From Candidatus Margulisiibacteriota bacterium (GTDB taxonomy: Bacteria > Margulisbacteria > Marinamargulisbacteria > JBFWNS01): 64,000 bases of DNA. Below, piece after piece: positions 34,101 to 38,301 of the stretch. The position numbers were made by a program, and so were the translations under genes. The stretch spans positions 67,130-131,129 of the forward strand of contig JBFWNS010000002.1 in assembly GCA_050250935.1 (NCBI GenBank). The letters run 5' to 3'. Numbering within the stretch: the stretch's first letter is position 1; each line of letters begins with the position of its first letter. A model generated the notes under the pieces. The model saw nothing but the letters and a program-made list of their open reading frames with translations, was not told where the DNA came from and did not search any database.

Positions 34101-35431
34101 GTTTCCAGGCCATCTTGTGCGACCAGGGCAACGGCATATTCGCCTTCGGCCAAGCCAGCGGTCTGCAAATAGCCCAAACTATCCACCCCACGTATTTCCA
34201 CATTGCCTTCGCTGGAACTTCCTGTTTGGGCAAAGGTCCCTTTTCGGAACCGGGCACTGACGGCTAAAGCTGGATTAGGGGCATAATCGCTCAGCTGATT
34301 GGTGGCCTCCCCTGCCTTAAAAAGCAGCTTGAATTTCTGAAGGGGCTGTCCGTTGGTCAGGTCTGGATCCATCACCAGGCCCCGAATCGCCACCGTCTCG
34401 CCACGGTTAATTTGTTCGTGGTCCAAGGGTGTGGACAGAATGGGCACAGACCCATCTTTAACAATCGCCACCCGTCTCTCGTTTTGATTCCCATAGGCAT
34501 CTTGCACCCGAATCATCACGGTATAACTGCCTTTGGGAAGTCCGGCCAAAGACAGGGTTTGGGTTGACGATTGCCCCGCCTCTAGCACGAGATTTCGGCT
34601 GGTGACAACGGCATTTTTGTCATTCATCACCAAAAGGGTTCCGTTTAAACTTTCGGTTTGACGGGATGTGGGCAGATTGGCCAACACCTGAACCATCACC
34701 ATATCGTCTTGAACGCTGGTCACCACCAGGGGGGTTACCGTTTCGACAATGTCCGGCGCCGTTCTCACAATGGTGATGGAAGAGGTGACCATTGACTCGT
34801 TTCCTGCCTCGTCCTGGATCCCAATTTCAAGGGTATAGACGCCATCTGGCCAATTGGTATCCAGGGTTATATCGGCTTGGTACTGCCAGATTTGGGCATT
34901 TTGCGTTACCTGGGTTTGTCCCAGAGCCATCACCTGCCCCATCGAATCTTTGAGGGTTATGGAGGCCGAGGTTACCTCTGAAGTATTAAAAAAAAGCTGT
35001 AGGTTTCGATCTCCCAAAGCATAAGCCTGGATTCCATTAGTGGCCGCCTTGGCAAACCTAAGCGAGCTGAGGGTCGGTGGGGTTCCGTCGACGAAGAGAT
35101 CACTTTCAATGGTATCTTGGTTGCCAATGGTGTCTTTTAAGGCAATTTTGATTCGATATACCCCATCCTCCAGCGCCGATTGCGGCACCCAGGACAAAGT
35201 CCGAACCCCATAACTGCCCGAAGGTGTTGTCTGTAGGGTTTGAAGGGGGCCTATGGCACTTCTTCCCTGGCCATCCTCAATTCGTTGAAAGGTAATGGCT
35301 TCTTCCTGCCACAGTTTTGTTCCAGAGTCTTCGACAGAATAGGTAAAGTTGAGCGTGGGGATCACAACCGCTGCCTGCGTTATATTTCCTAAAAAAACCA
35401 CAAAGAGCAGCACCCCAAACAAGCGGTTCAT
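13169..35431 (-). CDS. Giant (7420 aa) secreted multi-Ig protein with FlgD-Ig repeats, ZU5-like domain, PA14-like domains and C-terminal YPNPF sorting-like domain
   Basis: Uninterrupted 22.3-kb ORF with a Sec signal (MNRLFGVLLFVVFLGNITQA), dozens of DxxPP...DxAGN Ig-like units, about 10 WxG...G.Y FlgD-Ig motifs, and C-terminal INYPNPF...WNGKDSDG...NGVYLYKI...KLIKLK. Confidence 0.93.
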   Translation of the reverse strand: MNRLFGVLLFVVFLGNITQAAVVIPTLNFTYSVEDSGTKLWQEEAITFQRIEDGQGRSAIGPLQTLQTTPSGSYGVRTLSWVPQSALEDGVYRIKIALKDTIGNQDTIESDLFVDGTPPTLSSLRFAKAATNGIQAYALGDRNLQLFFNTSEVTSASITLKDSMGQVMALGQTQVTQNAQIWQYQADITLDTNWPDGVYTLEIGIQDEAGNESMVTSSITIVRTAPDIVETVTPLVVTSVQDDMVMVQVLANLPTSRQTESLNGTLLVMNDKNAVVTSRNLVLEAGQSSTQTLSLAGLPKGSYTVMIRVQDAYGNQNERRVAIVKDGSVPILSTPLDHEQINRGETVAIRGLVMDPDLTNGQPLQKFKLLFKAGEATNQLSDYAPNPALAVSARFRKGTFAQTGSSSEGNVEIRGVDSLGYLQTAGLAEGEYAVALVAQDGLETAFTTITLAVFGDVETATATGVGMLSWIQKPVTTNVAQSPLTFQAGVLNGGGNLTVDIVNKTSQQVVMSRTYSGLSSPDYMGVPDLYTDRGGTYIYKDPSSGQWGIAMRTNGSAQSFKVTVTPLKGQVTGVQTVNIPSNQLKTLGNGVVFEGTITTLGRVLFNLTETFSDPLLMVNVVMDGQEQNFLQTGDLYLGVGKNHPLMNPVMLSNQVQPIVTFSWDGKGLNGGYPNSGGYDAVLTLENPSSNAVVSTASAFSLQTPFALKAGTAKANLGDALGLPTLTIDPYSQSDVATVYVTASKKAVARAKVRDSQGAEVLTLADGLTVQPTTADGAYAFTWNGKNQDGLLAAAGNYVLNVNLRAEDGVGDKTITLPLTLKQTGASASQWDNWVSMDIKTETINGQPVPIVQGKTAVFWETQAKGNRYDPITGQVGVDLQNGWQNVTAYPYVPFVTVAHRWFETVNVNVTYELDIRYRHWERADGFFNTQGWIKNYNTIHRVMEKALSFKQNSQNKYTLVYPLEIPENFHFLSQSQDDINEPESIVLTVRVRTPDGKEIEKKTISDLSYYSRVTKRKYTKLLEPGRFDVDLIYVPKSAWDYQKYYSKINAMNIEPEVVGYYEDYVASEGWRNEIPNFKAGEKGAFVYKGGLERLDRDHYVFTADIQLEEDMKYSRLNNRFMPWFGIVNKTKKGSPLAAIDFSGFLEDPSQLGFPRTGFFEQPYDDYIKNLNKVIAYNVADIKNGSTDAITQLMTTPFQKWDEVSKLGSSYYNYLDDEKFELIVVNLSDPGKTGGWYTISPVPSPLAGSENIRSKAKYTVATDKVAEVQVPYPLDAELIATLNQRSDDAFNSSNSLKRLMLNRLLNQYEKALINRLTLSPELPNGQLSRVSEYWVEIPQGALSDGPGQFTFPFALNYPSANTQGEYKTTLVASALIPSLNAKLPANVDRSSYRLSVTALTVNSGPVSSNSLDAVFNGTEAVLPGTSLSSDLVVRISKPVWGQYWDSTQDPNLVSKEGKLQGLVMDIQVPLFNGKQKMDTVLVKSGYPPVSANLPGALFWKEGVNPNVEVTSWTPVKLFDETGGVHPDLSCDGVVGADPLWAGFTVSIASAKQKAFYTPFYAKQQLNPDWELSTRTQAAWEPIELISKPTGSRLGLWNVGRKNGWQDIRLKNGNTVALTRVMVGTPVRPAEAAVVKSPYGRVQVMIPAGTFAQDKLITVTPVALADLHITNSPDIQDLDFMPIVEILPETASANFNKTVTLKYQYTADEVKAIEAGTYPGLSKPVNLDNVAIYHISESGILTPAKATTGGRWSDLDGDGVLGSKGDLYTISAELDHFSIYASLEGLIPDQPKFSAETTKTAANTVTLYGYLEKNVTQDGRLMPLGLALYAGGLDQNNQIQLKPDQIQWLEGNPSYNLKLVNVPLQEGPNTFFLTYPTGNLKILNRPYAKISVVRDTTPPTFIQTQLQGNYVSGNTTVVFSPNGDGRGDEVRFSFYPSEAGTVRFLVADTAGKTMANTVLSVSDLSQPLTFRWNGCVDVAIPSRDVRPNLAVPEGRYTLYVTYLDEALNQSQAQFGVVVDQTPPTVSVKAPAFWSYADPESLVPWTLVFSDNAALSRAQLRLMAAGQQVASLSIPLQSGEALQPTITISVDAVHYLLDALPKTYVGPVTASLWTRDMAGNSSAVSVNVMVDHEAPTVVKKWALGKLWEGKTITINQSLAEKGVTFGVAAWDNRVSSANLDIQWQVETKTETMSIGTGSRLNVPFSIWQNLHPEDGEVRVSARISDGYLSTMATFNVALVMNPPQLVTANVVSPKFSPKAKTFSSLDLGFSAPVTGRLVLTNAAGKSVWETGVSGNRWVQVWPLSGAPDGGYTWTLTFQDVYRNTGTPWTSTVIQDQLPPTILIPFENAVFAALPTENLASVIKVTDNVSTTLNTQITFLANGAVLKQPLIEDAKVNQIFYLVTATDKAGNTQTAQGSFLFDREAPVISLPETLGVTSNTLKITPKIWDQSPVRVTLIPTKGSPQSVTVNPTQEIPMTLDVSDWPEGTTVLAIQAVDRFGHTSTGSVKVLLDRAPPVITRITLSPRPLFLEPGIATVSIQATDASGSPLIYKIALPTFEWETITTNPVVAVPVGLVMGQRTKADSVALRVTVTDAAGWSVSTQNTLPVIQSLPAPVWQIGDRYGSVAKPITVTVNVSALAAVVSQDVRLKISLVNDEKPVVTVFDDRLNQTQWAFSLKPTAAWADGAGYTLKTEVWVSDVLRGTFYQAQPAFPNQYLVIQNQPLAIADSTLSRTLAGRNTPVKLTLQNTIEWTDVQLQFQPASGSPVALGAWESGTALTFPNNLPDGVGQVVVAALSKSGIKSSLSLPLTWDSTPPELTHPETVAFKAYDQGQTDLVFRSSEPLSLLNVKVIGADNKPVEAWIPEIAWNNRHDTATVTWTGRKSPSVYLPEGTYKVVATATDLADNTSTATVTLSQINDFPNLWIDATAEAMNPQTGSLTLYLRLNTDYDALSLKLTDSQRGTVARTLVPSKPMKAGVYTLTFDGKDDSGVPLKDGIYDWVAEANKAGIAEPVTNKKRLIIKTRGPVFYPTLSRTQLRKDRFPITIQNIDIDPAWVFGIALLDAQGKTLDTLYEKPRYQSVNKSALTLTDLMGSGKTDRLDGSYKIQLYAVDEAQNRAQSVFDIDYKLAVKGTATIHSEKPFFTPNGDGILEVLNASVGVDSTESQVDVQVRVETEGGKVLVPALAKTKLQRGQSLPVTWGGYDVNRMAQPDGLYALVAEVTAEDGGLLESKRYPFAMIAQKPVLSLASPIAYSPNLGTITLNAQVVASDVLFRADFLSTELKLNGTVTVGGVKKILLTDGFDLKNRTSTALVLSPAWANDLPDGTYPVTIRMEDSILNVFETTPVQVVVSRSGPVTPSMALAGPQVTSQSVAVLMVSAPGAKTVRLMNTVGQIQTLAVSGNVATATVSLTEGTNTFKATALNTLGNASATGNAVTVLLDRISPTVVSASVSSTLLGANQTATASVTFSKPVWVPGGGLVVKGVDMASPSVSVQELLSPTLSVTHRFSLSSPSLNLAGTLSLSLSGVVDQAGNPLQTEIKSVGDVTIGYLMIDTLPPATPSVSAPALVTTSILTLAVADEAGSVLSLSLNGQNVPIQTLPIASGKQVTITGLVEGNNTLQFRSTDAMGNTSDWSPTVSVVMDTTPPVLSLLSAAAGWVSTGYQQVVVTANEALKTVSATFNGTPMTAFGSGVFGIDIRATENQGTASIQFTAQDLAGNTSILAATPFAVDTVPPELNLLPITQQTVSSGSIQVTVNASETLATASVTFNGTPMTSLGAGVYTYAISNSEPQGALTVVVHSKDLAGNESTLTTAPYSVDTIAPSLNAVLNLPSRISTGPIQVTINANESLASLKATLNGTAMTVSGNTLSTTLLQTAHQGPATLVVLAKDKVGNGTELTLIPFEIDTIAPILTLKNTNPAWVKAGTITLGVSVNELIASQSARLNGHPMTPVGEGLWTYTITSSDAQGVATFTATLTDRAGNTSTLTEIPFSIDTVPPSVPQVVTFSPQSNQAQVSVTLLGDVGSELWVSQNGQVASTQVLLTGQAQPWTSLPLKAGENQLSFASRDLAGNQSEWSVPIIITQRFDPAVLQTYRFSANPASVGLWQGTLVFSEPVTVLSAGWTLNQLETPCSLTVSGNTVTVSAAITAGMNGTALLQLSSVQNQAGVTTSVQLPFVIDTTPPKAVTISGIRTVSTGDVVVTLNINEGVSANATFNGHPMTTQSTADNTVRWSYTIGQDEVQGTANIIVTLVDAAGNSAVVTMNTVVVDTVQPQILAMNWNKPISSLGSIEVRVTFSEAVVSPKFTVNGKTIPGVQTGSSSFQLSVPIVGDEVQGMATITTMAKDAAGNGLNDSRQAWVVDTLAPTVSVQADPFRTVGLGWVQVTINASENISTPTVSINGHPMSAVGGGVFGYVVSSADAQGTANFEVRAKDLAGNATVVQISPFVVDTVGPKLSLSPSDSVLVGLGSVTVTVNASETLSSLRASINHQPMTAVGQGVFRYTITPADTQGTADIEVEAVDEVGNQSSVTASVFVVDTVAPSLNLVSMLPNRISTGPIQVMINANEPLLTLTATLNSKAMTVSGNTLSTTILQTEQQGPATLVVSAQDTVGNGTELTLSPFEIDTIAPVLTLQPAAAEAVSTGAIRFEVTVNEPLATVNATLNGKPLEVTIVDSGSIELAGTITAEDNQGLAQLMLLASDTVGNQTVVTATPIRIDTEKPILTLSTPSGRLSTGNVVVTVSANETLSRLSAMLNGFPMSVSGNSLAFTITSTAFQGPATLVVSAQDSVGNGTEETLIPFEIDTIAPTLTLSTNAPAFVSTGPVTVTLTANEALSSQTLWLNNRPMTASGDVFTTIIEATDAQGPAVLLATGIDLAGNTTSQTETLFEIDTLAPTLKLSSEVFQTVSTGTITLTVTTDETLATLNATFNDSPMQALPGGGFQTLILPTAQQGTASVTITATDRAGNTTQLTPVLYGIDTQPPTASIADFPAFISTRAATLQVSAIADASFPVQLEWSLNGGVWQEGPLVQEPGSAAQNVTFATEGTQTLKLRLRDRLGNVSETNTRETITDFTPPQVVSVTVLDSAGQPDPEPLYRSDKTILVTFSEPISSTLATASFGTIALPIQQITTSAVQITITEAQLVGSSAVFELAGIQDQAGNAMAPYAKTYALDLVPPDLKTVTLNTDALPDPTALSQFNTQGLKIAQGYLTAALSFSKPVMNPKVFVAVQGIRKEATWMTVTPNAVSTAEFKVLIKAADLGFLANPNEVDATLEIENARDVAGNLLSPQSLPIVLDMEAPVVTNHGADNGITVDKNDLYYGVIKPYGVSGQQDQLRVWFTLSEPALVSAIQIVQVSPNVLVKTLTNPTKTGPNGDEYSFVWDGKDETGKLVGNAKSQYFYYVTVTAKDKAGNLANQNIDGYISVLHQDTGVRLSSPLPVEPKAPGLDQTVPINYMFSFVDERIRTSADFKALYPNKDFKPFALPSWGTYELRIYPEGQPNQPVLTKQATITAMFSPVSTVWDGRYAADHSVVALRGTLVPDGVYRVEIRATDNAGNGATQNVVANNQMVIDNTPPTITQFALGSAYTNALSIAHTKIAQDNTDSPAQLNFYANGVLVTGPTLPLQAIQGTQTITLQAKDRAGNTSAVATASVVYDSIAPSASILWQNGLASTLPATDREVSTNVAFSVTISEVNLNAVQVAVNGAMVVSANGLYSVNTTGINGTFPVVVTVSDLAGNTTLLNKSLWVDSLAPTVSVSNLAGFMKANSATLNLSGLSDASLPLTLERALNGGSFTVIQTLNSLSPISDGVTFSNEGTQQIAYRLRDRLGNQSETLIRTTVFDATPPTLGADKITGLWTKTAIGAITLSASDALSGLVSAHYRWDNADAANGTTFVASQSITLPAEGSHTLYLTAIDMAGNTQTWSGTYLQDTQTPTVNANKAQAGWSVSPIGSITLTASDPVPGSGLNPNFVMYRWDNSDVVNGSLFSNGQVLSSPGEGSHTLYLKVQDIAGNSTTLWSGSYNQDTQAPVATATQSSSSWQTTAIGNITLSATDALPGSGITTAKYRWDNADVANGTAFVSGQTMTMPAEGSHTLYIQSWDVAGNAGSVWTGTYKQDTQPPVATADKSSGTWKTTAIGNITLTVSDPQPGSGISTSKYRWDNPDVANGTTFVSGQTITIPAEGSHTLYVQSWDVAGNAGAVWTGTYKQDTQAPSGSADKSSLSWSTTALGTITLNTSDPSPGSGVGTAKYRWDNSDVSNGTPYSSGQTTVIPSEGSHTLYIQVWDLAGNAGVVWSGLYKQDTATPQTSANLSNSGWYLFSLGTITLTATDGVPGSGLDPVRTKYRWDNVLVDSGTSFANGTGITVPGEGRHTLYLKAYDTAGNVSGLWTGDYNIDTVPPVVLADKSSSQWSVVPIGTITLSVSDAAPGSGLSGAKYRWDNVAVANGTSFSTGQTLTIPGEGAHTLYLQAWDAAGNASTVWSGPYQQDTQVPVVSANKVQLGWYTTAIGNITLTATDPTPGSGLNPGYVKYRWDNPDVSNGTVFANGQTTAIPSEGTHTLYLQAWDQAFNPSTVWNAVYAQDTQAPVVSAAGSSDQWRTALSGIVVSMTDDGNSGWAYRQYRWNNGPWTDWASGAIPIPGDGDHILALRAGDIATNTGTWQGTYRFDSTAPVIDQVQVTPTVNPVYDGNMVIHFRVSDNLIASMPVQVKIKRQDGSVVKTLLLGQKLNGEVSDVLWDLKTIEGYSPLEGTYNAEIVVSDNVFTTSKTISFRLTYQQDVANYTVAADPVLFRKINNKQWAVVPSDAKVDIALSDDGLSWSPRYSCVTAGKALDVQSDIGPNGGVVVYVLQSDSAQRTKISLPVDYEGFRTRITTLLPGFRLDTYSFTRTGDNRSMTFYAHPMSTRVMLNKQFWLRAEDFDFPTNGQYGAIVKGFIRAPRGQGGLKQFYVSHIGGCRLWINGTLVHSRPEAKEEAVMKKVNMEEEVSYPFILWTDNWDTGGHMDWTFTDVDNSFIPANWFYQDTTEQQSMNEALMSSWMRGIRNVNFEKLLTNSNSRLSYTSFLDDINFYSSTNGGGRGNLASNDWSEYYHFYYFSPQSITPQEHNFLIESDDDETVKVNGTVISAISSHVPGPVPLTIPLQKGLNEMWILHYQSTGPAYLYFKKYLENGTTKVVSKIDTPVYVRLDGEISNGIYATVLPGTTLLGVSSNTTIEVGLDLVSPKNNPTLQTNKPTFTWQVPTYNPALQYRIELKQNWVEPMDSTPFASEDRSQKWDLLPSQIQRTNTTLAFTPLWTDTLAPGWWQWQVVELNPSLNSQAVSSEAGGFYVAPKLQIEGVINYPNPFKDSTKIRYKLSKSVNRLRIQIFTLGGDLIRELEGDTSASSLLAEYHDVSWNGKDSDGRGVLNGVYLYKIIAEGDGETQEVRSKLIKLK
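15464..17935 (-). repeat. Nine tandem ~85-94-aa Ig-like repeats with YRW(D/N)N motif (intragenic)
   Basis: Consensus DTQxPxxxAxKxxxxWxxxxIGxITLxxxDxxPGSGxxxxKYRWDNxDVxNGTxFxxGQTxxxPxEGSHTLYxQxWDxAGN; eight YRWDN copies plus one YRWNN. Confidence 0.9.
20522..24520 (-). repeat. Array of ~88-95-aa Ig-like repeats, second family (intragenic)
   Basis: About 13 copies of DTxAPxL...STGxIxVTxxANExL...LNGxPMT...QGxAT...DxxGN. Nucleotide near-identity (GGGGCAATGGTGTCGATTTCGAA) near 21033, 21567 and 23718. Confidence 0.85.
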
Positions 35432-38298
35432 TTTTGTCCCTTATGCGGGTTATAAACCCCCATTTTCAAAATCTTAATCCGCGGCGGCGTTCTGTCCACC
35501 GAAAACCCATACCGCAAATAACTTTCTGTGTTATACGCATCATGCGCCTTGGCAATGATGGTGTACCGTCCATCGGGCAAACTCGGCAGCGTGTACACCA
35601 GCTCCAACCGGTTCAGGTTGTTCACATTCGGCTGGCTTTTGCGCACCTGGTCTGGGAAGGCCGTGATGATGTTCGTGGTTGGGCTAAAGGGGATGCTTGG
35701 CGTCGGCACCCCTGGGTTTTGAATCGGGTCCACTTGCACATACAACTCGTCGATCGCAATCTTATTCGCCGCTGTGTCGCTGTACTTCATGTTTTGGTAC
35801 ACCAACTTCACTTGGATGGTTTTGTTGTTTGTAATCGAATCCGGTTGCGGGCTCAGTTCGTCCAACACCGGTTGTAGGGTGATGCCGGTTTTGAGGATTT
35901 TGAGGTATTGGTTACTACTATACCCGGCCTGGTTTCGCAGCTTAAACGCCACAATATTTTGACCTTCCGACAACGGAATCGGTCCCAGTTCAAACCGGCC
36001 ATCTTCTTGAATCCTGGACTGTAAATCTGTCCAACCCCCAAAGTTCATGCTGTACTGGGCCACCACTTTTTTGGGCACCAGGTCTTGGATCAGACCCCGC
36101 AAATAGAGTCGTTCTTTATCCGTTGCGATCACCGACAACTTTTGGTCGCCCACCGTCCCATCTGGCCCCTGACCCCTCGGGTCTGCATTGAACAAAATCC
36201 GCTCGGGATCGTCCAACGATGTGGTTTCTTGGTTCAACGTCGCGATCCGCAAAATTTGAAACGTCTCTCCCCCACTGGTTACCGTGATGGGCTGGTACAA
36301 TTCCCCAGCACTGGCGCTAGCCTGGGCATTTTTTGTCACTTCAAAAACTCCTCCCCACAGGATGTTTTGGCTGGCCAGATATTGGCTGTCTTTGAAGGTG
36401 ATTAGAGGGGTGTCGAGTAGGCCTTTGATGATCTCGTCGTGGGCCCCATACATCTCTTGGTGCGCCAAATGATAGTATTGGAATTTCCCCTGCAATTCGA
36501 TGTATTTGCCCGTGATGTAGCTGATGATTCCCAACCGTCCCCCCATCAACACCAATTCTTGGGTCGAGGGACCTCCGTAAATTAGGGCCAAAACCCCAGC
36601 GCCTTCTACTGCCCCCACCATCATGGGCACGGTTTTACCCATCACCTCGTCCCATTCGGGAACATCGAACCGTTTTTCGATGCGCAGTGCGTCTTTGAGG
36701 TGGGCTGTTTTTTCCCCCCTACCCGACCAAACAGGAACTGCCAAATCGCTGTCTTGGGTAAAGGTCAAATACCCTGCAAATTTCCGGGTCCACATCGAGC
36801 TTTCAAATTGGCTCGTTGCACTTCCCAAGCCGGTATACCCGTTGCTTAAAACCTCGGTGGGCACTTCGCTGCTCAATACGGTGCTTAATCCCGCTTTTTT
36901 GAGCAAGGACCGGTAACTGTCTGCAAAACTTAGGGTTGGCAATCCTCGGCCGTACACCAAACTATAGCTCGGCTCTTCCCGTTTATCCGCTTTCTGAACT
37001 TGTTTTAACGCATGCACTACACGCCCCCAACCCTCCTTTGCATCCCCTATTGTATTTAAATTCACCGTACTAAATCCCAAATCCAATTCGTCTGGCACCA
37101 ATTCCAATGCCGCCTGATTCCAACCCCTCGGCTCTCCGCGAATCCCCAACATTGTCTCGATTGGGGCTTTGGAGGCTATCAGCTGCCCAACCAAATCCAC
37201 TTTCTGGATAAACCAATTCGATTCGGTAAAAGGCCACCACGGGTTTTTTACCGTTAACAACGGGTTTTTTAACCGGTTTAACCACAACCCCATCTGGTCT
37301 CCAACATCTTCCCCAGCCTTGGTGTACGTTTTGGCCGGTTCCAATCCCGCTGGACTGTTTAGCCCATTGGCTACCCCAGGCACCACATTATTCAGATTCA
37401 TCCCGGCATTAAACCCCTGCTGCATCTCTTTAACGATACCCCCACCCTGAGCGTAAATTTGAACAATCGGGCTTAAAGGACTCAGCACCGCCAATTCCGA
37501 CCCTTCCGTTGGCGCCGCCACCATCACAGCTTTGACCACGTCGTTTCGGTAAAACCCTTTGGTAAACAACCATTTCCGTTCAGCCAACTCGTTGCTGTAG
37601 ATGTACAACCGTGTACTAAAATTCCCCATTGAATGCGAAATAATGATGTATTTTTTCGGGACGATGCTGGCGGGAATGAGTTCGATGGTCTGATATTTTA
37701 GCCCTCTTGGTTGCGAAGGATCCTTGTTTAAATCACTGGTCAGGTACCACTGCTTCCAATCTTTCACCGCTTGCTCTAAAAAACAATTCCCAGGCTCAAC
37801 CCCTGTGGGAAAATATTGGTCCAAGGCTGGGTTATAGCTGAAATATTCATTGCGCTGGGTTTTATTGTTATAGGCAACATACGGCAATGGATTCCCATCC
37901 AACTGCCGCAACCAAGGTACGTCTTGAACCGCTCCTTTGATGCTATCTGTCCCACTCTCCAAAACCACGTTCCCCTTACGCAGCGGCGCACGAAACCCCC
38001 TATACCCCAACTCCATCGCGTTTTGCAGGTTGGTTCCTCGGCATTGGGTGTAGCTGTAGTTTTGAATATGCCCAAGTGGAATCCCCACCCGATCTCTCAG
38101 CATTTTCACCACATTGGTCCGCTCCCGCTTGGCCGCATCCCATTCGGAGTTGGTCCCGTCAAACGAGTTCTTATAATCGTTGATCCCGTGCACCAAAATA
38201 ATAATATAATCCTGATACGGACTCAGTTTTTGCCCACCCACTGTGACCCCACATAAGACCAACCACATTAAGAGCATCGCCCCCACTTTTTTCATCAT
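35428..38298 (-). CDS. Secreted alpha/beta-hydrolase (PGAP1/lipase-like) with C-terminal Ig-like domains
   Basis: Signal peptide, IILVHGIND, nucleophile elbow SHSMG, APTEGS, SDLAVP (candidate Asp) and LAHQE (candidate His), then Ig units (LSEGQNIV; LPDGRYTIIAKAHDAYN). ATGA overlap with the giant gene. Confidence 0.82.
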   Translation of the reverse strand: MMKKVGAMLLMWLVLCGVTVGGQKLSPYQDYIIILVHGINDYKNSFDGTNSEWDAAKRERTNVVKMLRDRVGIPLGHIQNYSYTQCRGTNLQNAMELGYRGFRAPLRKGNVVLESGTDSIKGAVQDVPWLRQLDGNPLPYVAYNNKTQRNEYFSYNPALDQYFPTGVEPGNCFLEQAVKDWKQWYLTSDLNKDPSQPRGLKYQTIELIPASIVPKKYIIISHSMGNFSTRLYIYSNELAERKWLFTKGFYRNDVVKAVMVAAPTEGSELAVLSPLSPIVQIYAQGGGIVKEMQQGFNAGMNLNNVVPGVANGLNSPAGLEPAKTYTKAGEDVGDQMGLWLNRLKNPLLTVKNPWWPFTESNWFIQKVDLVGQLIASKAPIETMLGIRGEPRGWNQAALELVPDELDLGFSTVNLNTIGDAKEGWGRVVHALKQVQKADKREEPSYSLVYGRGLPTLSFADSYRSLLKKAGLSTVLSSEVPTEVLSNGYTGLGSATSQFESSMWTRKFAGYLTFTQDSDLAVPVWSGRGEKTAHLKDALRIEKRFDVPEWDEVMGKTVPMMVGAVEGAGVLALIYGGPSTQELVLMGGRLGIISYITGKYIELQGKFQYYHLAHQEMYGAHDEIIKGLLDTPLITFKDSQYLASQNILWGGVFEVTKNAQASASAGELYQPITVTSGGETFQILRIATLNQETTSLDDPERILFNADPRGQGPDGTVGDQKLSVIATDKERLYLRGLIQDLVPKKVVAQYSMNFGGWTDLQSRIQEDGRFELGPIPLSEGQNIVAFKLRNQAGYSSNQYLKILKTGITLQPVLDELSPQPDSITNNKTIQVKLVYQNMKYSDTAANKIAIDELYVQVDPIQNPGVPTPSIPFSPTTNIITAFPDQVRKSQPNVNNLNRLELVYTLPSLPDGRYTIIAKAHDAYNTESYLRYGFSVDRTPPRIKILKMGVYNPHKGQK

Positions 38299-38301
38299 GG
38301 T

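Noticed and set aside
35420..35440. Sequencing or programmed frameshift joining the lipase and the giant ORF
   Set aside because: The downstream ORF has its own ATG in an ATGA overlap and a well-formed signal peptide, so two genes is the simpler reading (not fully excluded).
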